Part shown: piece after piece, positions 18,613-28,515 of the stretch | Layout: each line of letters opens with the position of its first letter | Position numbering within the stretch: position 1 is the first letter of the stretch | Origin: Chloroflexota bacterium | GTDB lineage: Bacteria > Chloroflexota > Dehalococcoidia > Lucifugimonadales > JADFKI01 | NCBI GenBank assembly: GCA_027623195.1 | Contig: JAQBUT010000017.1 | Span: forward strand, 1-64,000 | Direction of reading: 5' to 3' | Length of the DNA stretch: 64,000 bases | Position numbers and translations under genes: made by a program | The notes under the pieces: model-generated | What the model saw: only the letters and a program-made list of their open reading frames with translations | Database searches by the model: none | What the model was told of the DNA's origin: nothing

Positions 18613-19526
18613 ATCCTTATTACCTCTCTCGTGGCGGTTGCTGCGACTCCACCGCCAATTATCCGTTGGCTTTGCACAGCTTTCAATCCCGGAAACCTTT
18701 CCCAGGCCAAGGATTCAGCGTACTGTACCCGCTGATGGTCATCATCAAAAAGCAATCCTATGACGGTGCCACTATGGGCCACATTGACGCCCGAAGCGCC
18801 TACCTCGGACGCCAGCTCGATTACTCTCTCGAGCTGTGGCTTGGGAAGAATCGCCTGGTTGGCGCGGGCGCTAATGGTGCTACCAGCGCCTATGAGCCTG
18901 ATGTCCGACTGCCGTATACCCTGCCTTATTAGTTCGACGGCCTCAACCATTTCGGGCTCCAATCGCGAGAGGACGCCCTTCATATGCGACCTGTTAAACG
19001 CTACGGTGTCTATGCTCCCTCCGAAGTCCAGAACGGCAACGCGCATTGGAGGAGGGTCGCCTAGCAGTTCCACAATCTTCCCGTCTCGGTGATCGAAAAG
19101 GGCGATGCCTGGAAACATTACTCCATCGCTGGGCTCCACCAGCAAAGCGATCTCTGCGATTTGGCGGGGCGTTAGAGGTGCGCCTAAAGCGTCTGCCGTG
19201 GCCACGATGGAGGCGGCAACGTCGGCGGTGCTGCTGCCCATGCCTTTGCCACGAGGCAGCGAGCTTTCCACGTAAAGCGTGACGTCCGCTTCGACCGCTC
19301 CTAGATAAGCCATCGTCAACTCCACCGCATGTCTGGCCTTGGGCGAGGCTTGCGAAGCGACAACGATACCAGTCCCATCCCGCAATTCCACAGTAGCGGT
19401 TGCATAGAGATCGATAGGAAAGGTCACCAGAAAACTAACGCCATCCAACATGCCCTGGGCCAATTCACCGCAGGTCCCTGGGGCGACGGCTGATGATTTT
19501 CGTATCATGGAATCAACATAAGTCAT
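18609..19526 (-). CDS. pduX: L-threonine kinase (GHMP family)
   Basis: PGTCGEL.QG, LPRGKGMGSSTAD, EPSDG, GVNVAHSGT. Confidence 0.9.
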   Translation of the reverse strand: MTYVDSMIRKSSAVAPGTCGELAQGMLDGVSFLVTFPIDLYATATVELRDGTGIVVASQASPKARHAVELTMAYLGAVEADVTLYVESSLPRGKGMGSSTADVAASIVATADALGAPLTPRQIAEIALLVEPSDGVMFPGIALFDHRDGKIVELLGDPPPMRVAVLDFGGSIDTVAFNRSHMKGVLSRLEPEMVEAVELIRQGIRQSDIRLIGAGSTISARANQAILPKPQLERVIELASEVGASGVNVAHSGTVIGLLFDDDHQRVQYAESLAWERFPGLKAVQSQRIIGGGVAATATREVIRI

Positions 19527-19529
19527 CGT

Positions 19530-20093
19530 TCAGTCAATCTGATCATAGGGCCGGGCGCCCAAAGATTTCAATTCCAGCCCCAGGCCAGCCGACATAAGAT
19601 ACACTTTGTCCGCCCGCGCCGCCACAAGCTGGTTTACGCGTCCCAAGGCATCCCTGTAGGCCCTGCCCAAAGACGACGGCGGAACCACACCCAGGCCAAC
19701 CTCGTTGGTTACCACAATCCAGGTGCTATCCCTGGATTCGAAAAGTTCCAGCAACTGTCTTGCTGCCGAGAGGACGCTGTTCTCGACGTCCGCTGAGCCC
19801 TCGTTTCGGAGCAGCATGTTGCTTACCCACAACGTAAGGCAGTCCAGCAAAATCAGGTCATGTTTTTCGATAGCCTCACGCATAGTATCGACTAATTCCA
19901 GAGGCTCTTCCAGCGTATTCCAGGACGGAGGCCTGCTGCTGCGGTGCGCCGCGATTCGCCGTTCCATATCGTCGTCTAGCGCCTGCGCCGTCGCAACGAA
20001 CAGGACCCGGTCGGCCTTACCGGCAAGGCGTTCAGCCAGGGCGCTCTTGCCCGAACGCGCGCCGCCTATTATGACGATTAGCTCTTTGCTCAT
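19530..20093 (-). CDS. cobU: Adenosylcobinamide kinase/cobinamide-phosphate guanylyltransferase
   Basis: GGARSGKS, RI..HR..RP, DCLTLW.SN, NEVG.G.VP. Confidence 0.95.
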   Translation of the reverse strand: MSKELIVIIGGARSGKSALAERLAGKADRVLFVATAQALDDDMERRIAAHRSSRPPSWNTLEEPLELVDTMREAIEKHDLILLDCLTLWVSNMLLRNEGSADVENSVLSAARQLLELFESRDSTWIVVTNEVGLGVVPPSSLGRAYRDALGRVNQLVAARADKVYLMSAGLGLELKSLGARPYDQID

Positions 20094-20107
20094 GGGGTTA
20101 GCTCGAA

Positions 20108-21637
20108 TTACCTCAGCCCAACCAGACCGTAAATCACATCCATGTCAACGTGCCGCCGGATGTGGTCTGCCAGCTTGTCGTACTCGCCGTCTAGGTCCAA
20201 CGCAGCGCCTTCCGACAGCGTTAAGCCCTTGCGCCGGGCAAGGTTCAGAAGCATGGTCCGCCTCAGACTGTGGTTGTGAAACAGGCCATGCATGTAGGTG
20301 CCGAGAGTGAGTCCTTCGACATCGGCCGCACCATCGCTTGCGTCTATGGCCTTCCCCGATCGTTCGCTGATGCGGAACAGACTGTTAACGGCCTCGCCCG
20401 CGCTACGCCCCATATGAATTTCATATCCCACCACATCTCCACCATCGTAGCCCTCCAAAAGACCCAACCTGGCGTTCACCGTCCCTTTAACCTGGTGAGT
20501 GGCCTTATCGCCCTCGAACACGGTGTCCACAGGAAGCAGCCCTAGCCCCTCTACCTCGGCTTTGCCCGACTCCACCCCATCAGGATCCAGCACGCGTTGC
20601 CCCAACATCTGGTAGCCGCCACAGATGCCTATCACCGGCACGCCTTCCGCTCGGCTCTGCTTGACTGCCTGGGCCAGCCCCACGTCTCGAAGCCAAAGAA
20701 GGTCCTCAACCGTGGTCTTGGAGCCCGGAATCACGATCAGGTCCGGCCTGCCCAACTCGGCCCTGCTGCCCACGTAACGGACCTGCACGCCAGGCTCCTG
20801 TCGCAGCGGATCGAAGTCGTCGAAGTTGGCAATCCGGGGCAGCCGAATCACAGCTACCTCCAGCACCGGCGGAATGCTGGAGAGAACGTCCTCATCAAGG
20901 CCCAGCGAATCCTCCTCCGGCACGTGGATATCCGTGTAATAGGGAACAACTCCAATAGTGGGAACTCCCGTGCGTTCCAGAAGCATCTCGAGACCCGAGT
21001 CCAGCAACGACGGGTCTCCCCGGAATTTATTGATGACGATGGCCTTTACCAGCGCCTGCTCTTCAGGCTCCAGCAGGAGCATCGTTCCCGCCAGCGAGGC
21101 GAAGACGCCTCCTCGATCAATGTCTCCCACCAGAACCACAGGGGCGTTGGCGTACCGGGCCACCCGCATGTTGACGATCTCGTGCTCTTTGAGGTTTATC
21201 TCTGCCGGACTGCCAGCCCCCTCAATCACCACAATGTCATAGTTGGCGCGGAGGGTATCCAGGGCAGCCGTCACCACAGGCCATAGCTCAAGCTTCATCT
21301 CGTAGTATTCGCGCGCCGATGCCACTCGCAAGGGTTTGCCCATAACCACGACTTGAGACCTCCGCTCGGCCTCCGGCTTTAGAAGTATTGGGTTCATCTC
21401 CACCGTAGGCGCGACGCGAGCAGCGTCTGCCTGCACGGCTTGCGCTCTTCCGAACTCCCCGCCGTCGGGCGTCACAAAGGAGTTCAAGGACATGTTCTGC
21501 GATTTGAAAGGCGCTACACGCAGGCCCTCCTGCGCAAATATACGGCACAGCGCAGTGGCGAACATGGATTTCCCCGCGTGCGAGGTAGTCCCCTGCACCA
21601 TGATGACTTTGCCCTTGCCGTCCTGTTCGTTACCCAA
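20108..21637 (-). CDS. cobQ: Cobyric acid synthase
   Basis: QGT.S..GKS, PFK.QNMS.NS, EGAGSPAEIN, GICGGYQMLG, GTY.HG; probable TTG start overlapping the cobC stop. Confidence 0.95.
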   Translation of the reverse strand: MGNEQDGKGKVIMVQGTTSHAGKSMFATALCRIFAQEGLRVAPFKSQNMSLNSFVTPDGGEFGRAQAVQADAARVAPTVEMNPILLKPEAERRSQVVVMGKPLRVASAREYYEMKLELWPVVTAALDTLRANYDIVVIEGAGSPAEINLKEHEIVNMRVARYANAPVVLVGDIDRGGVFASLAGTMLLLEPEEQALVKAIVINKFRGDPSLLDSGLEMLLERTGVPTIGVVPYYTDIHVPEEDSLGLDEDVLSSIPPVLEVAVIRLPRIANFDDFDPLRQEPGVQVRYVGSRAELGRPDLIVIPGSKTTVEDLLWLRDVGLAQAVKQSRAEGVPVIGICGGYQMLGQRVLDPDGVESGKAEVEGLGLLPVDTVFEGDKATHQVKGTVNARLGLLEGYDGGDVVGYEIHMGRSAGEAVNSLFRISERSGKAIDASDGAADVEGLTLGTYMHGLFHNHSLRRTMLLNLARRKGLTLSEGAALDLDGEYDKLADHIRRHVDMDVIYGLVGLR

Positions 21638-22253
21638 AAGTATCACCAAGATGACTGGTGTCATTCAGCAGGTCCAACGTGACTCCGCCACACTTGTATA
21701 GGCTTACGACCGAAAGGCTTCCGTTCGCCAACTTGAATCGCCACATATACTCGGCTGGCATATTCAGAACGCTGACCATCATGGCCCTCAAGCTGCCGCC
21801 ATGCGCCACTATCAGCACATTGGAATCACCGTCATGGGCAGACTTAAGAGTCTCGGTCGCCGATCCAACGCGACGGTATACGTCGGAGTCGCTTTCCCCT
21901 TCCGGCGGCGCGAAATCTATGTCCTCGTCAAATAGCTGCTTGAATACGTCAGGGTATTGGGCCTCAACCTCTTTGAAGGACATGCCCTCCAACTGACCGT
22001 AACGCTTCTCACGCAGTTCAGGCATGGTTTGCAGTTCAACGGCGCGCCCGGCGACAATGGGTTTCGCAGTCTCCATAACGCGGGTCAAGTCGCTGGCGTA
22101 CGCTGCCGCAAATTCGACACCCGCGAGCCTCGAACCTAGCATTTTAGCCTGTGCATGTCCCTTTTCGTTAAGAGGCGTGTCAGTCTGCCCCTGCGCCCGA
22201 CCCTCGATATTCCAATCCGTCTCGCCGTGCCGCACCATAAACCACCTAACCAT
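21630..22253 (-). CDS. cobC: Alpha-ribazole phosphatase (histidine phosphatase)
   Basis: RHGETDWN, LRE..G..EG, AHGG; position in the cob operon. Confidence 0.82.
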   Translation of the reverse strand: MVRWFMVRHGETDWNIEGRAQGQTDTPLNEKGHAQAKMLGSRLAGVEFAAAYASDLTRVMETAKPIVAGRAVELQTMPELREKRYGQLEGMSFKEVEAQYPDVFKQLFDEDIDFAPPEGESDSDVYRRVGSATETLKSAHDGDSNVLIVAHGGSLRAMMVSVLNMPAEYMWRFKLANGSLSVVSLYKCGGVTLDLLNDTSHLGDTFG

Positions 22254-23340
22254 CAGTCAACACCTCCTCCAGTGCGGCGACCAGGCGCCGGCAATCTTCC
22301 ATCTGCCTAACTCCGATACGAATGTAATTCGGCAGACCAAAGGACGTACAGTCACGTACGCATATGCCGTATTCCATAAGCAATCTGAGGCGAACGGTAG
22401 CGGCATCACCCACAGAGGCCAGAAGAAAATTCGCAGCGCCCAATCTGCATTGCAGTCCCAAGGTGACCAGCGCATCCTCGAGATACGCTTTCCCCAAACT
22501 AACAGCCTCTCGGCCGCGTTTAAGGTGGTCTTGTCGGCCAAGGCACATCACGCCCGCCGCCTGCGCCGCTGCATTGACGCTCCAGCTATATTGACGGGCT
22601 TTCACTCTGGCAACCGTCTCCGGATTGGACAGCATGTAGCCTAATCGCAGGCCAGTCAAAGCGTAGTCCTTGGTCATGGAGCGCAGCAATACGACATTAG
22701 GGATGTCCAGTAAAGGACGGGAATCCCAGGCTTCATCAACGAAGGAGACGTAGGCCTCATCCAGCACCAGCACGCCGCTCGCAGAGGTCGCTTCCGCCAC
22801 CTGACGAACCTCGTCCTCCCCCAGATAAGCACCTGTTGGATTGTTGGGGTTGCACAGGAAAACCATTCCTGGACTGGTATCCTGGATAGATCTGCACGCT
22901 TCGGAAATATTCCACCGAAAGTCGTCGGCCTCGTTGGAGGAAATCTCCACAGGCTCAACACCCTGCGCATTGCAGGCTGCTAGGTACTCCCCGAAGGTAG
23001 GCCCCAGAATCACGGCTCGGTCGCCCTCGCTCAGAAACGCTGTGGCCAGCAGATGAATCAGCTCTGTGGAGCCGTTGCCAGCCAGGACCTGGTCAGCATC
23101 CAGATCGAGATGCGCGCCCAATGCCTCCCGCAACTCCAGGCAGTCAGAGTCCGGGTAAGCGGCAAGGTTGATATCTGCGATGGCCTCCATCACACCCGAC
23201 GGCGCGCCCAGCGGGTTGATGCTGGAGCTGAAGTCCAAGACCGCCCGCGGGTCCAGCCCTAGCCGTCGCAACTCAGCCAGGTTCAGCCCACCGTGTACGG
23301 GGTGGGCCCCCAGGTCTGCCTTGTGCCCTGTTTCCACCAT
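22246..23340 (-). CDS. cobD: L-threonine-O-3-phosphate decarboxylase
   Basis: HGG..DFSSSINPLG, GNGSTELI, CNPNNPTG, DEAY, RSMTK.Y.L.GLRLGY. Confidence 0.9.
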   Translation of the reverse strand: MVETGHKADLGAHPVHGGLNLAELRRLGLDPRAVLDFSSSINPLGAPSGVMEAIADINLAAYPDSDCLELREALGAHLDLDADQVLAGNGSTELIHLLATAFLSEGDRAVILGPTFGEYLAACNAQGVEPVEISSNEADDFRWNISEACRSIQDTSPGMVFLCNPNNPTGAYLGEDEVRQVAEATSASGVLVLDEAYVSFVDEAWDSRPLLDIPNVVLLRSMTKDYALTGLRLGYMLSNPETVARVKARQYSWSVNAAAQAAGVMCLGRQDHLKRGREAVSLGKAYLEDALVTLGLQCRLGAANFLLASVGDAATVRLRLLMEYGICVRDCTSFGLPNYIRIGVRQMEDCRRLVAALEEVLTDG

Positions 23341-24302
23341 CAGTAGACCAACACTCCTCGCACGTAAAGAACACCAAGAGCCAAGACGATTCCCAGTGCC
23401 GCGACTATATACGCCAGCCGTACTGAAGCGCCGATATCCGAGGCATCGGGGTCACGGTTGCCCTCGCCAATGCGGTACTGGTCCGGCTTCTCAAGGACCA
23501 CGCCCAGCAGTCCCGACATAGCGCCGATGGTCCAACCAGCGTTAGGACTGGCCGTCAGACGTTGAGCGCTGATCATTACAGACCACCCGCTTTTTACCGA
23601 GAGGCCTCTAACAGACCCAGCCAGGAGTATTAAGCCCGCGCTGATCCTTGCCGGTATCAAGTTCACCAGATCATCCAACTTCGCAGAAGCCTTTCCGAAA
23701 TACTCGTACCGGCCTCGATAGCCCACCATACTGTCCAGGGTATTCATCGCCCGGTATGCGAAGGCCCCGGGCAGGCCAAGCAGCGCGAAGGCCAGCCATG
23801 GGCCGATGTAGCTATCCGTAGTATTCTCGGCTACGGATTCCACAGCAGCCGCAGCCACCAGGGGAGAAGCCAACGCCTGCGCATCCCGACTCACCAGGCT
23901 TTGAAGGCTATCCCTGGCGTCGTCAAGTCGCTCTGCTTGCATGGCCTCACCCGTCGCCTGAGCGGCCTGCGCCAGACCCTTGACCGCGAAAGTGGTCTTG
24001 AGCAGCACCGCCCCACCCACGACATAGGCCAGCGGGCCAATCTCTCGAAGTCCCAGCATCGCCAGCCACGCAAGACCTCCCGCCACCAGTGGCAAGCATA
24101 CCGCCATAATCGAGCCGGATGTTACGGATTTGGCAGGAGAGGACTGCGGAAGCCAACTATCCAAGAACGATATCGCGTTCCCGATCCACACTACCGGATG
24201 AAGTCGCGCGGGAGGTTCCCTTAAGCCCAGGTCCAGCGCCAGCGCCAGAAGCAACACGCCGCCATCGAGGTACCACTGCCCAGTCCACGGTAGCCAATCC
24301 AT
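23340..24302 (-). CDS. cbiB: Adenosylcobinamide-phosphate synthase
   Basis: HPVVWIG, LVSRD, ESVAEN..D, YRA.NTLDSMVGY, SPNAGW. Confidence 0.93.
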   Translation of the reverse strand: MDWLPWTGQWYLDGGVLLLALALDLGLREPPARLHPVVWIGNAISFLDSWLPQSSPAKSVTSGSIMAVCLPLVAGGLAWLAMLGLREIGPLAYVVGGAVLLKTTFAVKGLAQAAQATGEAMQAERLDDARDSLQSLVSRDAQALASPLVAAAAVESVAENTTDSYIGPWLAFALLGLPGAFAYRAMNTLDSMVGYRGRYEYFGKASAKLDDLVNLIPARISAGLILLAGSVRGLSVKSGWSVMISAQRLTASPNAGWTIGAMSGLLGVVLEKPDQYRIGEGNRDPDASDIGASVRLAYIVAALGIVLALGVLYVRGVLVY

Positions 24303-24309
24303 TGCCGGA

Positions 24310-25083
24310 TTACACCAATCCCGCCAGAGGCGATTGTAATGCCAACGGTGAGTTCGCGATAAGAATAACGGCCATCACCAGCACCGCGACCTCAGACACC
24401 TCGTTGATTGCTCCGTATATGTCCCCTGTCACGCCTCCCAGCAGACTGGAAGCCCATCGGCCCAAACCCCAGGCCACGGCAGATACCAGGGCCATCAGGA
24501 CTATGCCCAAGACGCCAACCAACAGGAAGCCAGCAACCAACGCCGTTATGATTCCAAGGGCAAGTTGCCACGGCCGTCTACCAGACTGAAATGCAGTCCC
24601 CAACCCCTGCGACCTGACGTAAGGAAACAGGTCCATGGAAAGCTGGACCCCCCACCGCGCCAGGCAAGGAAAGAGCGCCAGGACCAACACTCTGGACTGA
24701 TCGGGAATGCTCGCCAGCGCCGTGACCTTCAAAAGAAGCAGCATCGTAACGCCGATAACGGCGAAGGCACCTACGTGCGAGTCTTTGAAAATCTCCAGGC
24801 GGCGTTCTCGGGTGAAGCCTCCCAATAGAGCATCGCAGGTGTCCATAAAGCCATCGAGGTGTAGTGCGCGAGTTAGCGCAATCAACAGGGTAACCAGCAC
24901 AGCCGACAACAGAAGAGTTGGCAGCACAGGCCTCAAAAGAAGATCCAGGCCAGCCAGAATACCGCCGAGAATGAGACCCACCAGCGGGAAGTACGCGCGG
25001 GCCGCGGCTAGTTGCATCGGCGTATCGCGGGGTGCGACGGGCAGTATGGTCATAAAGCCAATTGCCAGTCGCAGGGAGTTCAT
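24310..25083 (-). CDS. cobS: Adenosylcobinamide-GDP ribazoletransferase (cobalamin synthase)
   Basis: LHLDG..DT.D, KDS.VGAF, GGVTGD.YGA..E; hydrophobic. Confidence 0.93.
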   Translation of the reverse strand: MNSLRLAIGFMTILPVAPRDTPMQLAAARAYFPLVGLILGGILAGLDLLLRPVLPTLLLSAVLVTLLIALTRALHLDGFMDTCDALLGGFTRERRLEIFKDSHVGAFAVIGVTMLLLLKVTALASIPDQSRVLVLALFPCLARWGVQLSMDLFPYVRSQGLGTAFQSGRRPWQLALGIITALVAGFLLVGVLGIVLMALVSAVAWGLGRWASSLLGGVTGDIYGAINEVSEVAVLVMAVILIANSPLALQSPLAGLV

Positions 25084-26171
25084 TAACTGGGCTCCGAGGT
25101 CAGTACCTGCTCATCTTCTCTGTCGGAAACGCCGGCCTCGCCGAACGTAGCCATATTCGACAGGCACGCCGCTGCTGTCTCGACCAGCGACATCGCCAGC
25201 ACGGCACCAGTGCCTTCGCCCAAGCGCAGGCCCAGGTCCAGCAGTGGCCGTAACTTGAGATGAGACAGCACAGCCCTGTGCCCCTTCTCGGCAGAGCGAT
25301 GTGAGGCGAACATGTAGTCGCGCGCCTTGGGGCAGATCCCGTAGGCAATCAGTCCAGCAGCCCCGGAAATAAATCCATCCAACACGACGGCTCGTCGCAT
25401 GCCAGCGGCCCCTAAGACCACACCGGCCAAGACCCCGATCTCGAATCCGCCCACCTTGGAAAGAACGTCCAATGCATCATCGGCGTTTGGCTGATTTACA
25501 TCCAAGGCCTTTTGAATAACCGCAGCCTTCAGCACCAGTTCCTCGGGCGTGCGCCCTGTGCCCTTGCCCGTTAACTCCGAGGCGGACTTCCCGGTGATGG
25601 CCGAGGCAATTGCGCTTGAGGAGGTGGTGTTGCCTATGCCCATGTCTCCGGTAGCGATGAGATCGGCGCCAGATTCAGCGGCCTCGATAGCCAGATGAAC
25701 GCCCGCTAGAACGGCGGCTTCGGCCTGCTCTCGCGTCATGGCCGGGCCGAGGGTCATATCGTTAGTGCCCCTGCCGATTTTAACCACGCGCAGGTCGGGG
25801 TGATGCGGAATGTCACCAGCTACGCCAGCGTCCACGATGATCTGCCTTACCCCCAGCTGATTGGACATCACGCTGACAGCGGCCCCGCCTGCCAGGAAGT
25901 TCAGGACCATTTGGGCCGTGACTTCCTGCGGGTAGGCTGTAACGCCCTGGGCGACAACACCGTGGTCTCCTGCGGCAACGATGACAACCTTGCCACTGAT
26001 GCTCGGCAGTTCCGTCTGAAATATGCCTGCCAATTGAATGGAAACGTCTTCCAGTCGACCGAGGCTTCCCGGTGGCTTCGTCAGGTTCCGCTGACGCGAC
26101 TGCGCACGCCGCATGGCACCCGAATCGGCGGATTCAATTTTCGCTATCGCTTCCGCAAGTTTTTCGTTCAT
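25083..26171 (-). CDS. cobT: Nicotinate-nucleotide:dimethylbenzimidazole phosphoribosyltransferase
   Basis: LTKPPGSLG.LE, DHGV, GDMGIGNTT, GGFEI, DGFI, LRLGEGTGA. Confidence 0.95.
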   Translation of the reverse strand: MNEKLAEAIAKIESADSGAMRRAQSRQRNLTKPPGSLGRLEDVSIQLAGIFQTELPSISGKVVIVAAGDHGVVAQGVTAYPQEVTAQMVLNFLAGGAAVSVMSNQLGVRQIIVDAGVAGDIPHHPDLRVVKIGRGTNDMTLGPAMTREQAEAAVLAGVHLAIEAAESGADLIATGDMGIGNTTSSSAIASAITGKSASELTGKGTGRTPEELVLKAAVIQKALDVNQPNADDALDVLSKVGGFEIGVLAGVVLGAAGMRRAVVLDGFISGAAGLIAYGICPKARDYMFASHRSAEKGHRAVLSHLKLRPLLDLGLRLGEGTGAVLAMSLVETAAACLSNMATFGEAGVSDREDEQVLTSEPS

Positions 26172-26291
26172 AGTCCTTCTTCTGTTCCAGATGTTCCAGG
26201 AATCCGTTCGTCCCTATGCAATCTGACCCGGCCAAAAACACTTGTCTCTGACGGAAGTATGGCCCCTATTACATTCCAAGAATACCCAAAA

Positions 26292-26858
26292 TTAAAATTC
26301 GAGGCCGGGCTGGGCTTTGATGCCCTGCTCCCTATATGGATGCTTGATCTCGCGCATCTCCGTAACCAGGTCTGCGAACTCAATAAGCTCGTCTGGCGCA
26401 TGGCGGCCCGTTATGATGACATGCAGCATGTGCGGCTTCTGCTTCAGCACTTCGATGACGTCCTCGACGGCTATCCAGCCGTAGTGCATCGTATAGGTGA
26501 ACTCATCGAGGATAATCACCTCTTGCTCGCCGGATAAGATGGCGGCCTTGGCGTTCTCCCACTGAGCCCTGCCCAAGTCCTGTGTTTCGTCCATGTTCTT
26601 GGTGCGCCACGTGAAACCGTCACCCATGGCTACCATGTCGATGCCCAGCTTTTTGGCAGCGCGGCTTTCCCCAAACTGAGAACCCGTGTGCTTCAAGAAC
26701 TGGAACATCTGGACCTTCATATCGCGGCCCCATGCGCGGAAAAGCACACCCAAAGCTGCGGTGGTTTTGCCCTTACCGTTGCCGGTATTGACCACTACCA
26801 GGCCCTTTTTGATGCGTGGACCTTTTACCGGCTGATGTTCTTGTGTCGCCTCTGTCAT
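26292..26858 (-). CDS. cobO: Cob(I)yrinic acid a,c-diamide adenosyltransferase
   Basis: [31 protein letters not shown]...KHP. Confidence 0.95.
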   Translation of the reverse strand: MTEATQEHQPVKGPRIKKGLVVVNTGNGKGKTTAALGVLFRAWGRDMKVQMFQFLKHTGSQFGESRAAKKLGIDMVAMGDGFTWRTKNMDETQDLGRAQWENAKAAILSGEQEVIILDEFTYTMHYGWIAVEDVIEVLKQKPHMLHVIITGRHAPDELIEFADLVTEMREIKHPYREQGIKAQPGLEF

Positions 26859-26908
26859 ATGGCCTCCTGAGCGGGTCGCTAAAGGATATCACAAAGCTTC
26901 CAGAACAT

Positions 26909-27688
26909 TTAGACGGACGATCCAGGTCGGCGCTGGGCATGAGGTTCCGGCCATCGGGCGTGCTCCCCAACGACCTGCCCTCCGAGGAAGTGCTCGTCCA
27001 CAACCTTGTCTGCGGCGGCCTCGTTCATGCCGCAGTACCATACGCCTTCTGGATATACCACCATCATCGGGCCGAGGTTGCAGGGATACAGGCAACCTGT
27101 CTGGGCAACAAGCACATGCTTGTCCAGCAACCCTTCATCAAGAAGTCGGCCGTTGAGATGGTCCCATACGTCCCCCGAGCCCTGCGCAGTGCACCTTGGG
27201 CCTCTGCACTGCAACAGGTGGTACTTATGAGGCGGTATCAGGGACCACTCCGGCTCCCCGAACTCCAATGAGCCTCCATCCAGGGATATAGGCTCACCCT
27301 GCCCAGCCTCGGAGACCAACCGAGCTACGGCGTCAGCCATGAATGGGTGATCCCCAAGAGGCCCACTCACCACTACTTGCACCTCAGAGCCTGTCCACCG
27401 GGCCAGCCACCGCCTGATTACCTTAAGCAGCCATTTCCCGAGGTGTCGGTCGTCGGGAACGTACACCGGCACCACCAGGATTTGCTCGGCTCCGGACTCC
27501 GCGCAAATACCTAACGCCTGCGGCAAAGAGGGCATGGCCTGGTCCACGAACGCGCCGACAACCGACTGATATTTGCCAGTGCTCTCCAGCCGCTTTACCA
27601 GCCCGTCTAGCTGCTGCTTCGGGGCGTCACTGTACCCGCCTCTGCTAAGCAGGACAACGGAGCTTCTCATCATCCCACCATCACTCAC
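26909..27688 (-). CDS. CbiX-like domain fused to a thioredoxin-like [2Fe-2S] ferredoxin
   Basis: N-terminal AFV.QA.PSL..AL..VVP..PLG.HP (CbiX fold, catalytic His not evident); C-terminal C.GPRC...GCL.PC.LGP...VYPEGVWY. Confidence 0.7.
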   Translation of the reverse strand: MSDGGMMRSSVVLLSRGGYSDAPKQQLDGLVKRLESTGKYQSVVGAFVDQAMPSLPQALGICAESGAEQILVVPVYVPDDRHLGKWLLKVIRRWLARWTGSEVQVVVSGPLGDHPFMADAVARLVSEAGQGEPISLDGGSLEFGEPEWSLIPPHKYHLLQCRGPRCTAQGSGDVWDHLNGRLLDEGLLDKHVLVAQTGCLYPCNLGPMMVVYPEGVWYCGMNEAAADKVVDEHFLGGQVVGEHARWPEPHAQRRPGSSV

Positions 27689-28515
27689 GACTCTATTGAA
27701 CCGATTTGCGCCGTCACAGGCACATGGCTGGATTCGGTGACGGCTCTAACGCCGCTGCCGAAGAAGGTAATTCTGGGGGTTCCTGTGAGTGGATTGGCAT
27801 CCACCATCGAGCCAACTCCAAACACCCTCTTGATTAACTCAGGTCGAAGCACGTCCGCCGGACAGCCGGACTCCACTATCTCCCCGGCCTGAACCACGTA
27901 GATTCGATCGCAGTAGGCGGCGGCCAGGTTGAGGTCGTGCACGGCCGCTATGGTCGTGACTCCCAGCCCCTTTACCAGGTCCAGAATCTCCAACTGATAT
28001 CTGATATCTAGATGATTTGTAGGCTCGTCCAAAACGAGGAATTTCGTTTGTTGAGCAAGGGCCCTGGCTATCAAAACGCGTTGCTTCTCTCCACCGGACA
28101 GGGTGTTGAACTCCCGCTCCGCGAAGCCTTCCATGCCTACTCTGGCCAGCGCCTCCGCGATTATCTCCAGGTCCATTGCCGTATCCCTCTGGAACAGGCC
28201 CTTGTGCGGAGTGCGACCCATGGCTACTATTTCTTCCGTAGTGAAATCGAAATCCGACGTTGCCTCCTGCAACACAACGGCTGTTCGGCGGGCCGCCTCC
28301 TTGGCCGTTATCTGCCTGATGTCCTCTCCGTCCAAACTGATGAGGCCGGCAGCCGGCTTTAGCGCTCTGTAGATGCAGCGCAGCAGGGTCGATTTGCCGC
28401 TGCCGTTAGGCCCTACAACGCCGATGAACTCTTTATCTAGCGCATGCAGCCCTATATCACGGATGATTGATCTGCCATCCGCATTCCAGGACACATCCTG
28501 AACTCGTAGCTTCAT
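27685..28515 (-). CDS. ABC transporter ATP-binding protein (iron-complex/cobalamin type)
   Basis: GPNGSGKST, LSGGEKQR, LDEPTNHLD, HDLNLA. Confidence 0.92.
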   Translation of the reverse strand: MKLRVQDVSWNADGRSIIRDIGLHALDKEFIGVVGPNGSGKSTLLRCIYRALKPAAGLISLDGEDIRQITAKEAARRTAVVLQEATSDFDFTTEEIVAMGRTPHKGLFQRDTAMDLEIIAEALARVGMEGFAEREFNTLSGGEKQRVLIARALAQQTKFLVLDEPTNHLDIRYQLEILDLVKGLGVTTIAAVHDLNLAAAYCDRIYVVQAGEIVESGCPADVLRPELIKRVFGVGSMVDANPLTGTPRITFFGSGVRAVTESSHVPVTAQIGSIES

